This document shows, in pieces, positions 37,728 through 51,141 of a DNA stretch of 64,000 nt (its first letter is position 1; the number at the start of each line of letters is the position of its first letter). The notes below the pieces were generated by a model. The model worked only from the letters and a program-made list of their open reading frames with translations, did not search any database and was not told where the DNA came from. Origin of the DNA: Phoronis australis (lineage: Eukaryota > Animalia > Phoronida); contig NMRA01000294.1 of the NCBI GenBank assembly GCA_002633005.1, positions 178,948 through 242,947 on the forward strand. Direction: 5' to 3'. The translations under genes and the position numbers were made by a program.

Positions 37728-38540
37728 TTGCCGAACATTTCGGCGTGCGCGACCACCGGGCAAATCTGATTGCTTGCCGATTAATGAAATTTTTATTAAT
37801 ATTCCAAGACAAACAAACAGTTATGGCGAATTCCTATAGGTGGATAAAGTGGGGAGGGGGGGGGGGGCAGAAGGACGGCAGGACACAACCCACGGGCGAC
37901 AAAATGTCGACGCCACAATATCGTTTCTGGGTTTTACGCTCCAATTTTCCTTTATTATTTTGCTTGGGCCCCCTTCAGAGACTGTTTGGAATGCACGATG
38001 ACATTTGCCTTCGAATATTCGTGGTTGGACACTCCTTCTCCGACATCCAAGAGCCACCACTGAAGACTCTATGTAAAAACCAACTCGTCAGTCAAAAAAT
38101 AGACTTACATGTTTGTGAGTCAGGTTTTGCGAGCTCAATGCACTTTGAAAAATTCAGCGCTCGAGGCGATACGATTGGCTTTGGGCGCCTACTTACCTCT
38201 AATTCTACTACTACAACACTGCTCATGTTACACTCAGGGTCTGTAGCACAATCTCAGATGCAGTGTTATGGAAGGGGGTTATGTCCAACACAGATGCCAA
38301 TGACATGGGAATGTAAATGTTATGTTCATGAAGAAATTTTCTACAGTTTCAGCACTAACCCCCAACAAAACCTTTTCATCATCCAGGCTTATTTGTGCTA
38401 CCGTATGTGGATATCTCTAAGCTAAACAAGCAGAGAGGTAATCAACAATCAGCAAGTTCAGATTCCATCTAAGTCAGGTGTAATTTCAGTAAAAAATTCA
38501 CCGATTTTTAAGAATGGGACGATGTGTGTCAAATTATCTC

Positions 38541-38690
38541 GCTAAGTAGCATCTTGCTAAGTAGCATCTTGCTAAGTAGCATCTTGCTAAGTAGCATCTT
38601 GCTAAGTAGCATCTTGCTAAGTAGCATCTTGCTAAGTAGCATCTTGCTAAGTAGCATCTTGCTAAGTAGCATCTTGCTAATTAGCATCGT
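38541..38690. repeat. 15-bp minisatellite (gctaagtagcatctt) x9 perfect plus 1 variant
   Basis: Direct reading of the sequence. Confidence 0.97.
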
Positions 38691-39939
38691 GCTGGTTATT
38701 TTCTCAAACTTTCAGGTTTAAAGTTTTTGGACGTTAGGCCAGAGTTATTTACCACAAATCATGATCAGATAAGATCACCCTGAATCAAGCCATAGAGTTC
38801 TAGGCCTGAAATCCTAACTCTCGCACGTTTCGCATTCTATTGTCCGATCTTGCGACCCCAAGTCTAGCCGAGGGATTTTGCACAGAGAATTTCCGGCTGC
38901 CTGCTCCACTGAGTTTTGATCGAGACTTGTAGTTGTTAAATTAGACCTAATTTAATTGCTTCGTTGTCTTGTTGTTATTGTTGTTTACTCTTGGGGAACG
39001 GTTCTATCAGCGATTTCTCGCCAAAATTAGTGAACAAACCCGTCAATCACACAGGCCTCAATCTGTTGCCCTGGGCGGATGCCGAAAGTAGCTTCGCCAA
39101 CTATATTTTTCAGTTTCAGTCGTACAACAGCCTACACTGTATCATACCACATGCCAGGAGTTTTCAACAAGACACTTTTGGGTGTTAAAATTACGTTACA
39201 CTATTTTACGGAAAGAAGTTATATTTGGCCCTAAGTGAAGAGTTTAGACACCGAAACAGGTGAGTTTACGTAATTTTAGATAAATTGCTCATGCAGGCGC
39301 GCGCGCGCGTGTGCCATTACTGTTTTCAATTATTTCTAAAATAATCCGTTTGTACAACTAAGATTTTCATGTTCAACGTTTTGTTTAATCGTTAAAGCAT
39401 TATGAAGACAATAAACCAATGTATACTAAATAGTGTTAAAAACTAAACTGATCAAATTGCAACAATACCCAAACACAGCACAAAATAGATTTTACGGCAT
39501 CAGAGCTCTGCTGCTGATTAGGTGAATGAGCAATACAACTAATTCTACAAACCACACTACTCTTCAATTACATGCGAATGAGTGGTTTTAACTGGCAAAG
39601 TAGGGAGGACAACTTGCACGATGGTTTAAATACTAAGATTGGCTGAACACGATTAATGATTTGCATAATTTGTCTCTTGAGCTTGAGATCACGAGCACAA
39701 ACATACGGTAGAGAAAAATAAACTTTACGCAATTAAGGACCAAATTCAGGAGAATCAGTAAATATGTTCATAATGGAAATAAATGTTTTTAACTATCCAA
39801 AACTCTGTGAGTCATCATGGCTTTAAGTAGTTCATAAATGACAGTTGGGTCCCTCTCAAAAACCAAGTAGCGGGCACAACCTAGAGTGTATTTTGTCTGT
39901 CATAGGGCATTTAGTGATCAGTGACAGGTATTCGAAGAA

Positions 39940-42930
39940 GACTAAACTTTATTGAACTTTGAGGCCTCTGGCCCATTGTACAATAATATCAAAATACATA
40001 AAAGTACAAAGACGCTTGCATAATTGAAATATATACAGTCCGTCATCTGCATTCATAGCATATTCTTCTGGTTCGCCAGGCGTGCTGCAGATATTTAGAC
40101 AAATTGAGCATTTTCAGACGTCTTGCATTAGTCTAATGAATGTAGAATATGAGCAATTTTTGAAACCAGGAATGAACTTATCTCGCAAAACATCATATAA
40201 AGTACAATTTGTTATGAAGTGGAACTCGTCCTCAGTTACAGAAATTCCTAACTTTTGGCAAATCACACAGTTCCTCAATTTCCTATCAATTTCTCCCATT
40301 CCTGCTTCAATTTCTAAACAATGAATGGAGCATTTAAATTCAGTTATGAATTTTCTAAGATTTGCATTGTCTATCACGTCTAAGTATTGTGCAACGCAGA
40401 AATCTTGAAAAACATCAGTATACAAAGTTAATTTGCCATTACAATCGACTTTACTTTCCCACTCTTGGAATGCACAATCTTTTAACCTCTGTTTAAATTC
40501 AGGCAGAAAGATCTCTTCATCACCTACCCCCTGCTGAGCCCAGCTATATCCATATTTACACAAATGTCTTATATGAGTCGCTCAACTTCTTCTTCCATGT
40601 TCGTTGTATACTCTCAACAGTTCGTAAGATTCTTTTGGAAGCCTATCACTGAATATTTATAATATTTTAACCAGTGCTTGATACATCTTATAAAGTAATT
40701 AACATACAACGGGAATCTCCCCAGTTCTCCAAGAACTGCACAGTTGGAAGTGTTATTATTGACTGTTTTCAAAAGGTTACCTGCACATTCTCAATGGCTT
40801 TGTGTGGCTGATAGCCCAGCACTTCTGAGCCGTAGTACAGTATGGGTGCTATTGTTTTATAAAATATTTGCAAGGCATTTTGCAGTTTAACCCATTAAAC
40901 AATCTGTCAAATCTTATCAAAGAAAACATAGCCTTTCTAGCTTGGGCAGCTAGTTCCTCGGAATTTTTACTCCTGCATGCTCGGGAGGAGAAAGTACTTC
41001 CTAAGTACTTAAAATACGACACTGTTTTCATTGGCTTTAAATTATATGACCACTTCTGAGCATTTTTCAAAGAACCACCATTTTGGAAAACCATAATCTT
41101 TGTTTTATCAACATTGACCTTATCCCAAATTGTTTAGAAAAATGTTCTATAATCATTATTTGTTTTTGCTACTGACTTGGTGTGTACGCAATATTTGCCT
41201 TGTCATCAGCGTATACATACGGAGAGTCATTGTTAGTAAAAATACCCTGACAATCGGATTGCTGCAGGCGTTTGATTAATTCATTTGAGAATATTGTGAA
41301 CAGGAATGGACTTAGTACACACCCTAGCCTCACTTCTGTTGTGCATTTAAAAAAGCTTGCTCTGTGAGTATTATCCACTCGTACACACCAAACTAACTTT
41401 TCATACATTGCTTTCAATATGTTACCATGGCCACCAGCATTGATAAGTTTATGGAATAGGAATATGAATTGTACACTATCAAACGCCTTTTTAAAATCTA
41501 CGAAAAAAGCATAGCATCTACCCCTTTTCTTACTTAAGTATTTCTGCACCAATGCATTCAGGGTAAATATCTGGTCAATAGTGCTGTATGATTTGCTAAT
41601 TCCAGCCTGCTCTTCCTATAGGATCTTTATATCGGTCGCCAACTCAACCAGCCGGTTATGAATTATATTGACAAACAATCTGTTTAATATATTTAGCAAC
41701 GACATGCCTCGATAATTGTTTAAATCATCATGACTTCCCTTTTTGTGTAGAAGAACAATTAGCGCTTTACAGCAATCCTCTGGCATACACTTTGCAAATA
41801 AAATAGCATTACATGTAAACAACTTAGTCAGGTACGTGACTGTAACTGGTTGAGAGAACTGAATGAGTTCACCATAAATTCCATCTACGCAAGTGGCCTT
41901 GTTATTCTTGTAACATTTAAATTCATTGTTGACTTCGTTTTCTGTTATAGGTTTACTCAGATCCATGTTATTATCAATGCATTGGCTACAGTGTCAGTTA
42001 TGTGATTCGTTACTGAGGTCAACTTGAGAGGCAAATTCTTGGTCCTATAATGAAAAAATAGAATTGAACAGGGTGTCAAAGTATTTGCTCCACTGATGTG
42101 CAGTGATATCATTTTTAGTTACACATTTCTTTTTATTCCGTTTTTTAATAATTTCCCAGCATTTATTTGAGACTTTAGCCGTTTGTGTAATTTAATCACG
42201 CATCGATATGCTATACAACTCTTGTTTATTTTTACAGAATTTTTGAAATCACTCCATAATCTTCTATATTCATTGATAGTACATCTACCTTTTTGCAATT
42301 TATCGAATGCTTCGCACTTGAGCTCTTTTTTCTCTTGGCATTCCTCATCCCACCATGGGGTTTGATCCCGTTTAAAATCCCTCTGTTGTTATCGGTTGTT
42401 CTAGCCTTGGTGATTCCCATTGACTCGATTGCAAAATTCCAACCGCATGGTCTATTTTATTGTTTTCTATACTTCCATGGAGTTGAGACAGAATTGTTCT
42501 GGCATATTCACCGTTTATTTGACTAGGACATTTATCTTCCAGTGAAATATTCCATCGAAATCGTTCACAAGTAAAGACCTCATCTTGTTTGCCATCACAA
42601 TTAATTGGCGTGGTCAGGTATAACAACGAAAGTGTGTAGTGATCAGATACCCCATGGGTTGCCACTCTGAAGTCAGTCACGTATTTATGTAACTCGCTGT
42701 TCATAATAACATAATTAACAACTGCACTACTTTGAGAAATGAACATAACAGCGCTGTCATTCTCGAATCTACCATTCACTATGTGAATGCATGTACATGT
42801 ACCAAACGTTTTACATAACTGCAATAAACTCCCAAAGTTATTAACATTACCATCAAGTGAATACCTAGGGGCATCAAATAAGTCAAAATCATAGAAATCG
42901 TGATCACTACATGAGTGACAAGTATTGAAT
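39940..42930 (-). mobile_element. Decayed 5'-truncated non-LTR retrotransposon (APE endonuclease tail, RT, C-terminal Cys/His motif; RTE-X-like)
   Basis: Minus-strand ORF fragments IVNGR...SDH (APE), YRGMSLLN, FVDFKKAFDSV, VRLGCVLSPFLF, YADD, FKYLG and HCLEIEAG..RNCVIC..EDEFHF. Many frameshifts and stops. 3' AATAAA near 39950. The clade assignment is inference. Confidence 0.92.
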
Positions 42931-44740
42931 CACGTGGAATTGTTTTTGTGGTACCTCAAATGTATGAGTTGGCTCATTTTTGGGGGGACCTCTTTTGGTT
43001 TTTGCTGGACCCATTCCAGAGTGCAATTTGTCTGTCATGGGTCAATCAGTGTTCAGTGCGGTACTATTTATTGTCTGCTTCAAATCAGTTTTGGCGGATA
43101 CCTAGAATATCTAATCTAGCTCATTTTTGGCTCTCTGTAAGGTCCACAAGGGTTACACCCAGAGTGCATACAACAATACACGTCCATTTATGTATATCCT
43201 GAGGTAGACTGTAAGTGCAGCTATGATCAGATGTTGGTTCCTCGTTCATCTATATGTATGCTACATGCTCTGGGGCTGCCGGTCAATTTGGAGACGAATT
43301 TGCGGTCAGGTTTAAAGTCGTTCGTGAAAACCCTGAGTAAACATTGGGTGTTTTTAATTCTATGTCAGCTATTTGCCATGTCTAAATAGTTGGGTGGAGC
43401 ACTAGAAGGGTGGATCGTGCCGCTGTTTAACTGTCTATGTTTTTTTTTACTAATAAAAGCACTTTTGGGGTTTAACGTGCGCATGCGCCAATTTCGAATC
43501 TGCATTTGGTTGGTCAAGCCTAATAGATTCTAGAGAATTTTCCAAAGTCACTGATGGTTTCGATGTGCGTGTTGGTAACACACTTAGAATTTTAATTCAA
43601 TCTTTGTTTTGGCCAGCTGAACCGGGATATCGTGTCACATACATTGTCGCAACTGGCAAGTATATTCACCCGGGCGACAATATAAGCGACCTAGACGATA
43701 ATATGTGGAATGACTTCTGACACATAATATCTCTAAGTTACCCCCGAAGTTTTGTAAGGCATCACTAAGTATTTCAAATGCATCTTTATTTGACATCAAG
43801 CAATTCACTAAACAAATTTTCTAGCCTAAGTGTTTCCTAAAATAGTCCCATGAACCTACTACCTTTCACTTCTATGGGTGAAGGCTGACTTTCCTTCTAC
43901 GTCTTGTGTCTATAAACGACGGTTGATATTCTGTCTTTCTCTTGTGTCTATACATTTTAGGCGAAGCTTGACATTCCTTTTATTACTTGTGTCCCTGACG
44001 CAAGTAATCGAAGGGATGTAAATTACGCTCAGTATTTTGTGGTTTTGTTCGTAAATGTTAAATTCAGTACATGTCACTCAAGTGTATCACTCTATGCATA
44101 GGAAAGTCATTCTTTCAGAAAATGTTGTTATAAGATTTATGTAACAATATCATAATTATTGAGTGTTAATCACGATTTGACTCATTGCCAGTCAATTCCA
44201 GGATGCTTATATAAAGCACACATCACGAATTTTTGTCCGACTTGTAGGAAATCGGTCGTCTAGCTGACCACCAACGGCTTGCTTGGAGTCGTCTGCTGAG
44301 TCGCATCTGCCGTCGGCGGTCGCCTAGCTTAGGTCGACCGATTTGGATTATGCGTATCCCTATTCGGCAGTTACCACTTTATGACTCAGCGGATGATTGT
44401 TGGACAAACAAGGCATCAAAGTATTGTTCTTCGTTCTCCAGTGACCACTCTAGTGAATACGCACATTATCGACTATCTAACATAGTGAAACCGAACGATT
44501 TACGTTGAATTAGAACAAAGTAAATATTCTAGTGAAGTTACTGACGGCGTGATAAAATGAAACGTTAAATGTTCTCGAGGAAATATAATTTTGAACTCTA
44601 CCGGGTATGAGGTGTTCTTGAACGAACGTTGAAATGTTACACATAAGTTGTATAAATATTCAAAAAACAACGCTGGACTTTTTATGACCGCATGCGTGGA
44701 AATGTTGAACTCTATATTATACAGTAGCTATCGTAAGAAT

Positions 44741-45265
44741 AGGTAAACCAGTTTTCTTTGGTGCCACAGTGCTATATGGGTATCCTCATGCTTGGAAAAG
44801 CCCATCTGGTACGTTCGTTCTGGTGGGTGTGGTCAAGGGCGCCATGACAATGACACTTAAAAACTGAGTTAGATCAACTTTTCTGGTAACCACCTAAAAC
44901 TGCCCTCGATACCTACTACGTAATGCACGGTATAAAAATTGGTTGCTGCCAGACAATTTCAGTGGTGGGGAGTGTCAGCCAGCCGGTTACAATCAGGATA
45001 AAATATTGAGCTAGCTCAATCCAAGAGGTAACTCTATGAGACCAGTTCCAAAGCATTCACCATAAGCCCAGCTATGACGAATAAACACTGCTAAACAAAT
45101 CTATTTGTGGGTTAGCCCCGCCAGATACGCCCAAATACCTGAGTTGAGCTACATGTAGATCAACCCACCAGGTAATCGTTTGAAACCAATTGCACGATAT
45201 TCAGCACCATTGCATATGGCATAACAGTAAGACAATTTCATCGGTGGGGTGCCCCCGCCAGACAA
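44741..45265 (+). repeat. Left arm of ~520-bp inverted repeat pair
   Basis: Reverse-complement similarity along its whole length to 47015-47526. Confidence 0.85.
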
Positions 45266-46414
45266 ACTTTGAAGAGTAGAAACAAAATTCATTATAAGCC
45301 CATTTACGCTGAGTAACCAGGCATTTCGATTTTCAATAATGCCAGTGAGTCTACACTGTGATGATTGCTCAGTGTCCCTTCAGATCCAGAACAAATGGAG
45401 GCAATTTTGGCAAAACTGCTCGGTTTTGGGCATTCTACATTTTTCTCATAAACCGCGCCCACAGAGAACTCCAGAGATGCGTAAAGACCAATGGCGTCAG
45501 TGGCTATATCAACATTTCCACGATAATGCTAGATGTATTCTTTGCCCTTAATCGACCAAACTACGCGAGAGGGGGAACATTGTTTTCTTGATGAAGATTC
45601 GCCGAACTCAGTACGTCACAGCTGTATGGATTAGTGCCGCGACAGCATATCTTGGGGATGTTGGGGATTGACTGACACCAACTGATTATGGTTTGAGGGG
45701 TCTATTCTCCTTGACATATTGTTCAGTTCGAAACGGAAGTCAACAAAAGTAACCTTGAGGATGAACCAACCATCATTAGAGAGAGTTCGCCTGAAGAAAT
45801 TCCGAAGATGGACCATGGAGTGAAGATTCCGACTTTGATGAAGAGGATTAATTACGACACTTTGGACTTGACTAAAACATGCACAGTGAATGAGTTGGCT
45901 CATTGGAATGAGATGAATACTGGTTATAGAGATAAGTCTTCTTTTACAGTGTGTGTTTGTTATGTGTTCTCCAAAAGGGCTGAAAACACCTCTACTGCAC
46001 TTGACATACGGTTCATATGGTCGTGTTAGACTGCGTGGAAACTATCAAAGCTGTAACATAAGTAAAACACTCTGTTCATGTTGCGCTGTTGTTATTAGCA
46101 ATGCTTGGGAATAATGATTCCTGGTAGTTTTTCAGTTTAGTTATATTGACAACCATTTTATTTGTCCAACACCGATATGCCGGCAACAGAACCGTTCGCT
46201 TTATGTCTTAGTGCAAATAAAACACGTTCACATTGATTATTCATAGATGCTGTATACGATGCAGTCATAGAGGAGACGGGCCCGGGCATCCACATTGGGG
46301 GAGGGCGTATCCAGTCACTATGTATAATCTTTTCAGAAATCATGATTGATCCGAAACCAAATTTAATAAATATTCCAGTTAATGTTTCATATTTCTATTT
46401 TTATTAATAACGAT

Positions 46415-46510
46415 GTTTCTGTTTTCGGATGGAGTTGACATGTTTTGCGCCATCTGGTGGCCATTTTTATGATACAAATAGATGTCACAAGAAGCGTGCT
46501 GTTTGTGATG
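46415..46510 (+). mobile_element. 3' fragment of the HINE-like family with one CTCF-consensus motif
   Basis: ttttcggatgga...ttttgcgccatctggtggccatttttatgatacaa matches the last unit of 8801-10512 and 17110-18177. Confidence 0.7.
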
Positions 46511-46749
46511 CCCAATTGCTTCAAAATTTTTCGCTCTCCGGCCTCCTCTCAGCGCGGGCTCCTATATTAATATAGGGGGCCTCGCTTTTTAGGTCCGAAA
46601 TTCAATTTTTTGCCTATGTCATTTTAATAAGAATAAGTAATTTTAAATAATAAGCTGTTTTTATTGCTACGATATATGCATTTGAGTAGATAGAGAGGGG
46701 CGTCCAGCAAAAAGTTGTCCGTGCATCGACCAAATCTCTGCATACTACT

Positions 46750-47526
46750 GCCCCAACCGCTGAAATTGCCTATAAGGTACCTTTTGGTGCATGTGAAGTG
46801 TTGCTGAACATTATGCAAATGGTTTTAAACGTTACCTGTCGGGTTAATCTAGCTCAGCTCAGATGTTTGGTCGTGAATGGCGGGGCTAGCCCACCACTAG
46901 GGCTGTCTGGCGGTGTTTATTCATTCATGAATATTTTTTGTAACTAGTTTCATACGGTTACCTCTTGGGTTGATCTAGCTCAAATTTTAGCCCTCGGTAT
47001 AACCGTCTGACAGAGCGCCCCACCGTTGAAATTGTCTGACATCTTACTGTTGTGCCATATCCAGTAATGCTGAACATCGTGCAAATTGGTTTCAAACGGT
47101 TACCTGGTGGGTTGATCTAGCTCAACTCGGATATTTGGGCATGTTTGGCCGGGCTAACTTACCACTAGATTTGTCTGGCAGTGTTGATTCGTGATACCTG
47201 GGCTTACAATGAATATTTGCAACTAATTTCATGCGGTTAACTCTTGGATTGATTTAGCTCATCTTTTTACCCTGATTATAATCGTCTGCCTGATACTCCC
47301 CACCACTGAAATTGTCTTATAGTGACCAATTTTTATGCAGTGGATTAGTAGGTGTCGAAGGCAGTTTTAAGTTGTTACCAGATATTTTGATCTAGCTCAA
47401 TATTTCAGTGACACCCTCTTGGCACCGTCCACTGAGCACACCCACCAGAGCAAACCTGCAAGGTGGCCATTTCCAAGCTTGAGTATACCAATAGAGCACT
47501 TTGGCACCAAAGAAAGTTGGTTACCT
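46750..47526 (-). repeat. Right arm of inverted repeat pair, with an extra internal ~285-bp repeat
   Basis: ggttacct..gggttgatctagctca sub-repeat about every 130-155 bp. The end ttggcaccaaagaaagttggttacct mirrors 44741. Confidence 0.8.
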
Positions 47527-48489
47527 TTTCATGCCCAAAATAAGCTCTAGGATCCCGGTATGTCCCGTTTTTGATGTCACTTTCGAAGTTCGTAAAAATT
47601 GTAACCTTATGATTTCGATGTTACAGCCTGCGGGGCACACACAATACTGCGTGTTTCGCGTCTTTATTGCAAGGGATTAATACTAGAATACAATCTTCGG
47701 AACAACGGCCTTTTGGTGTAACGATTACATGTAACTCACCCTACAGAAAAAATCCGGGTGGTAATAATTGCCCTTTCATTGATGCCGTTAAAATAAAGCA
47801 GTGGTTCAAAAAAGAACACCAAGCCAAACAGAAACGCATAAAACATTAAGTTCTAAGGCAAATGTTTCAAAACAAATTCAATTTGTCATGGGGTGATTGG
47901 TTGCCATGCTTTCTAATAAGTTTCAAGACAGCGTGAAGTCAAATTTCTTGACAGAAAAGTTACAAAAATACATCGTTTTCCTCAACGTCTTCGATACGAA
48001 TTTCTTCTAGCGTCTGTTGCTTCGTCTTCAACTCCTTTGTTACAAGTTATCTCTCTGCTTTTGTTTTTTGTTAACACTAGATGAGGTACATGTAGATATA
48101 TGCTAGCGAAATATTTTTAGAACCCTAGTAACAAATTTTATAATTGGGTGATTAATCAGGAGGCACAAATCAAAGCATAACAATAGGAAAAGTATGATTA
48201 CTAACTGTACGATCAAAGCACACAAGACGATTAAAATTTTAAATATACAAAAGCTTGACGTTCATGGCCATTGATTACAGGCACGGGGATACAGTGTTGC
48301 TAAATTATATAATACGGCCCAGGTATTGCCGCACTGAGCCATCTTCCCCAAGTGTTTACAAACAATAGGGCGTTACGAAGCAACCCAACTCCTCGGAGAA
48401 ATGTCAAATAAAATATGCCCACATTTTGAGAACCAATTTTGTCCTCTGAATAACGAGCTCTCAAAATGTGGGCACTTTCTAAGGTAATA

Positions 48490-48729
48490 AAAACAAGCAA
48501 TTGCAGGTGGACTGATACACGTTTTACCAGACGTGCGCAGGCCTTGCATGTGAGCCCATTTCACTGATCACCTGGAACTATTTTTATGCTTTATTAATAT
48601 ATGGTTAAAACCGAGCTGAGGAGCTAGAAACCTGGCTCAAGGGCTTAGCAGTGTGACATGGTGGGACTTGAACCCACGACCTCGAGTAAAGAAAGCGGGC
48701 ACTTATTAACCAGGCCACGCTGCCTCCTC
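48490..48729 (-). mobile_element. tRNA-derived SINE, copy 2
   Basis: Reverse complement of 13897-14136. 13-bp TSD ttctaaggtaata (48477-48489) / ttctaatgtaata (48730-48742). Confidence 0.88.
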
Positions 48730-48766
48730 TTCTAATGTAATACTCGTAGGGAGCCTGCCACAGGTT

Positions 48767-49306
48767 ACGGCCCACTACTTCCAACTCCCACTACTCCCGA
48801 CGCCCACTACTACTACTCCAGACGCCCACTACTACTACTCCGAAAGCCCACTACTCGGAAGAAATACTATTCCAAAGGCCCACTACTCCGCAAAAACACC
48901 GACTACTCCAAAGACCCACTCCTACTCTGAAAAATCACTACTTTGAATTCCTACTACTCCGAAAAAACAAAACGCCTCCTCGATATATGAACGCATTTGT
49001 TTCATTTTTTGGCTTTAATATGAAACTTTTTTTGATCAAGCGATCTTTAAAGAAGATATGATACAGCAGTCTTAAATTGCAAAGATAGGGGAAACTACAG
49101 AAACGAGTCATTGGACTTCATCGTCCAAATTTTACTTTTTTGCGTGGGTATTTTAAAAGTAAGTAACAAATTAATAACCCATTCGTGAAACTAAGAGAAA
49201 AGTTATTAAGGTCGAGTAAAAAAATATTAAACGAGCAAAAAACAAAACATAAAAAAACGTTTCGTAGCAATGCTTGTTTCGGAGTAGTGGGTTTTGGAGC
49301 AGTGAC
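48767..49306. mobile_element. DNA-transposon-like remnant with subterminal arrays of cccactactccg
   Basis: About ten degenerate cccactactccg units (48770-48965) and inverted ttcggagtagtggg units near 49278-49306. Confidence 0.55.
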
Positions 49307-50867
49307 TTGTTAGTCTGTCCACGATGCAAGTTATTCAGTGAAGTGTTTGTGTATTGCACATTTCTTGTACACATTCCGGACTAATAACAGTTATCCATAA
49401 TTATATGTCATTACAAACACTTGGTGAGTGATGATTTCTGAAGAGAGCGTTTGTCAAACGAAAAATCTAGGCTATTGTTACTGAGTGCCGTAGGGTTTTG
49501 GTCTGCGTTCTTTCTAAAAATCCACTCAAAAATAAATACTTGAAATACTATTGTTGTACATGCAAAGTAAAGAAAAATTATCAAGTAATTAGATGTGTGA
49601 CTCTGTTGTACACAACGTTTTCTTGTACAATGATTGCATTTAATTCAACTGATATTACAATTGTCGTGTACGCTGTAAGTGGTATGCGGTAAACTTTATT
49701 AAACTAAAGTTGAAGACACGCGTAGTAGTTCGTCAAGTTTGAGTTATGGTAAGGTCCTGGCCACACCAGTCTGGAATTTTTTCAAAGCGCACACTTTAAT
49801 TTCTTTATGCAGGTATAGGAACGCTTCCTGTTGACACGTACATGTACAATGTAGGCACTAAATGCAAAACCAAAATCGTTAACTTTAAAATAGTCATCAA
49901 GAGAGAATTTTAAAGCGGCCTATTCACAGCGTTTATCACAAATCAAAATACAACTTTTTGTACGCACAGTTACTGCATTTTTGTGAACATGCAGAAAAGT
50001 TAACTTCACGGTTTTACAGCGCTGCATGTGCCGTGGGTTTTCAATGAAACGCTCTCATGCTAAGCGGTTTTAGGATCGGGGCACATTTTCGGAAACTCTA
50101 AGGTCACAACAGAAGTATTTCGTGTTTTATGAACGCAACGGAAGTGCAATCTTGTGTGGTGACTGAAAAACGCAGAACACTGGCTGTGGGCAATACATCA
50201 AGTCCGACTGATTTATCTTTGAAGCAATCATTTGCATGGTGCCAATCAACAAACTGAATGTTATTTGTCAACCTAAAATGGCCAAATCCTGCGCTGTTAA
50301 ACATCACCAGTCGTTTTTTAATCTCAAAAAGTGCATATGAGTGATTTTCTTCTTTCATACTCAATCATCATGGACGCATGACAGGAGATCTGTGCAGAAT
50401 TGAAAACACAAATAAAATATTGCAGTTCCGCATAACAAAAACAAAAAGAAGTGTGGACGTAGACTTTGTCAAAAATAGGTGCGTTTTCAGAATGCCACAG
50501 CGTTGTATTGACCGAGAAGCTGCCAATCTAATGGAATTCGTTAGGTCCTACCGTCAAGAATCAAAAGAACAAATGTGAAGAAATCCACCACGTCCTGTTA
50601 ATCAAAACTGGTTGCATTGTCCACAATCCAATGTTCAATATCACCGTTCGCCTGCAATATTCAAATTGACCTATCGCCAGGAGTTTGAATGACGGCTTAA
50701 GTGGCCAATCAGAACGCAGCATTCTTGACACACCTTCGTTTCCAAGCCATCATTTTACCCTACAAACAACACGTTGCCGGGTAAAACTTTCTGTTTATTT
50801 GTCGACATTTCGCAAGGGACGGAGCTTGCGATGGATTAGTTAGTGGTGTTACACAACCGATGTGAAC

Positions 50868-51022
50868 CATGGGCGTCGCAGCACTGACATAACTGGGGAG
50901 GTACGTGTATTGTCCCCCAGCCTCCTATGGTGCGCACCACCCATTCCCATGGGCTGCACAACACTGAAATAATTAGTGGGGCTATAGCCCCCCCCCCAAC
51001 CCCCTATGGTTCACCACCCATA
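50868..51022. mobile_element. hAT-like mini-MITE dimer
   Basis: Two ~75-bp catggg...cccat units flanked by a perfect 8-bp TSD atgtgaac (50860-50867, 51023-51030). Confidence 0.78.
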
Positions 51023-51141
51023 ATGTGAACTCATATAACAGTAAAATATTAAAACTTGGTTAATTTATTTGACCCGGTGCCGAGTCGAATATGCATCAAC
51101 TGCTGGCCAAATGAGAACATTACGCACGTAATTTACGTTAA

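Noticed and set aside
37703-38425. 240-aa ORF, the longest in the window
   Set aside because: It starts inside a MITE, crosses a poly-G run and shows no recognisable motif or splice structure. Likely a chance ORF.
38524-38721. ORF with (LSSIL)n repeats
   Set aside because: It is the translation of the 15-bp minisatellite.
42940-43210. Possible RTE-like LINE C-terminal fragment on the minus strand
   Set aside because: The resemblance (LDILGI...ALW...KR.P) is too degraded to support by eye.
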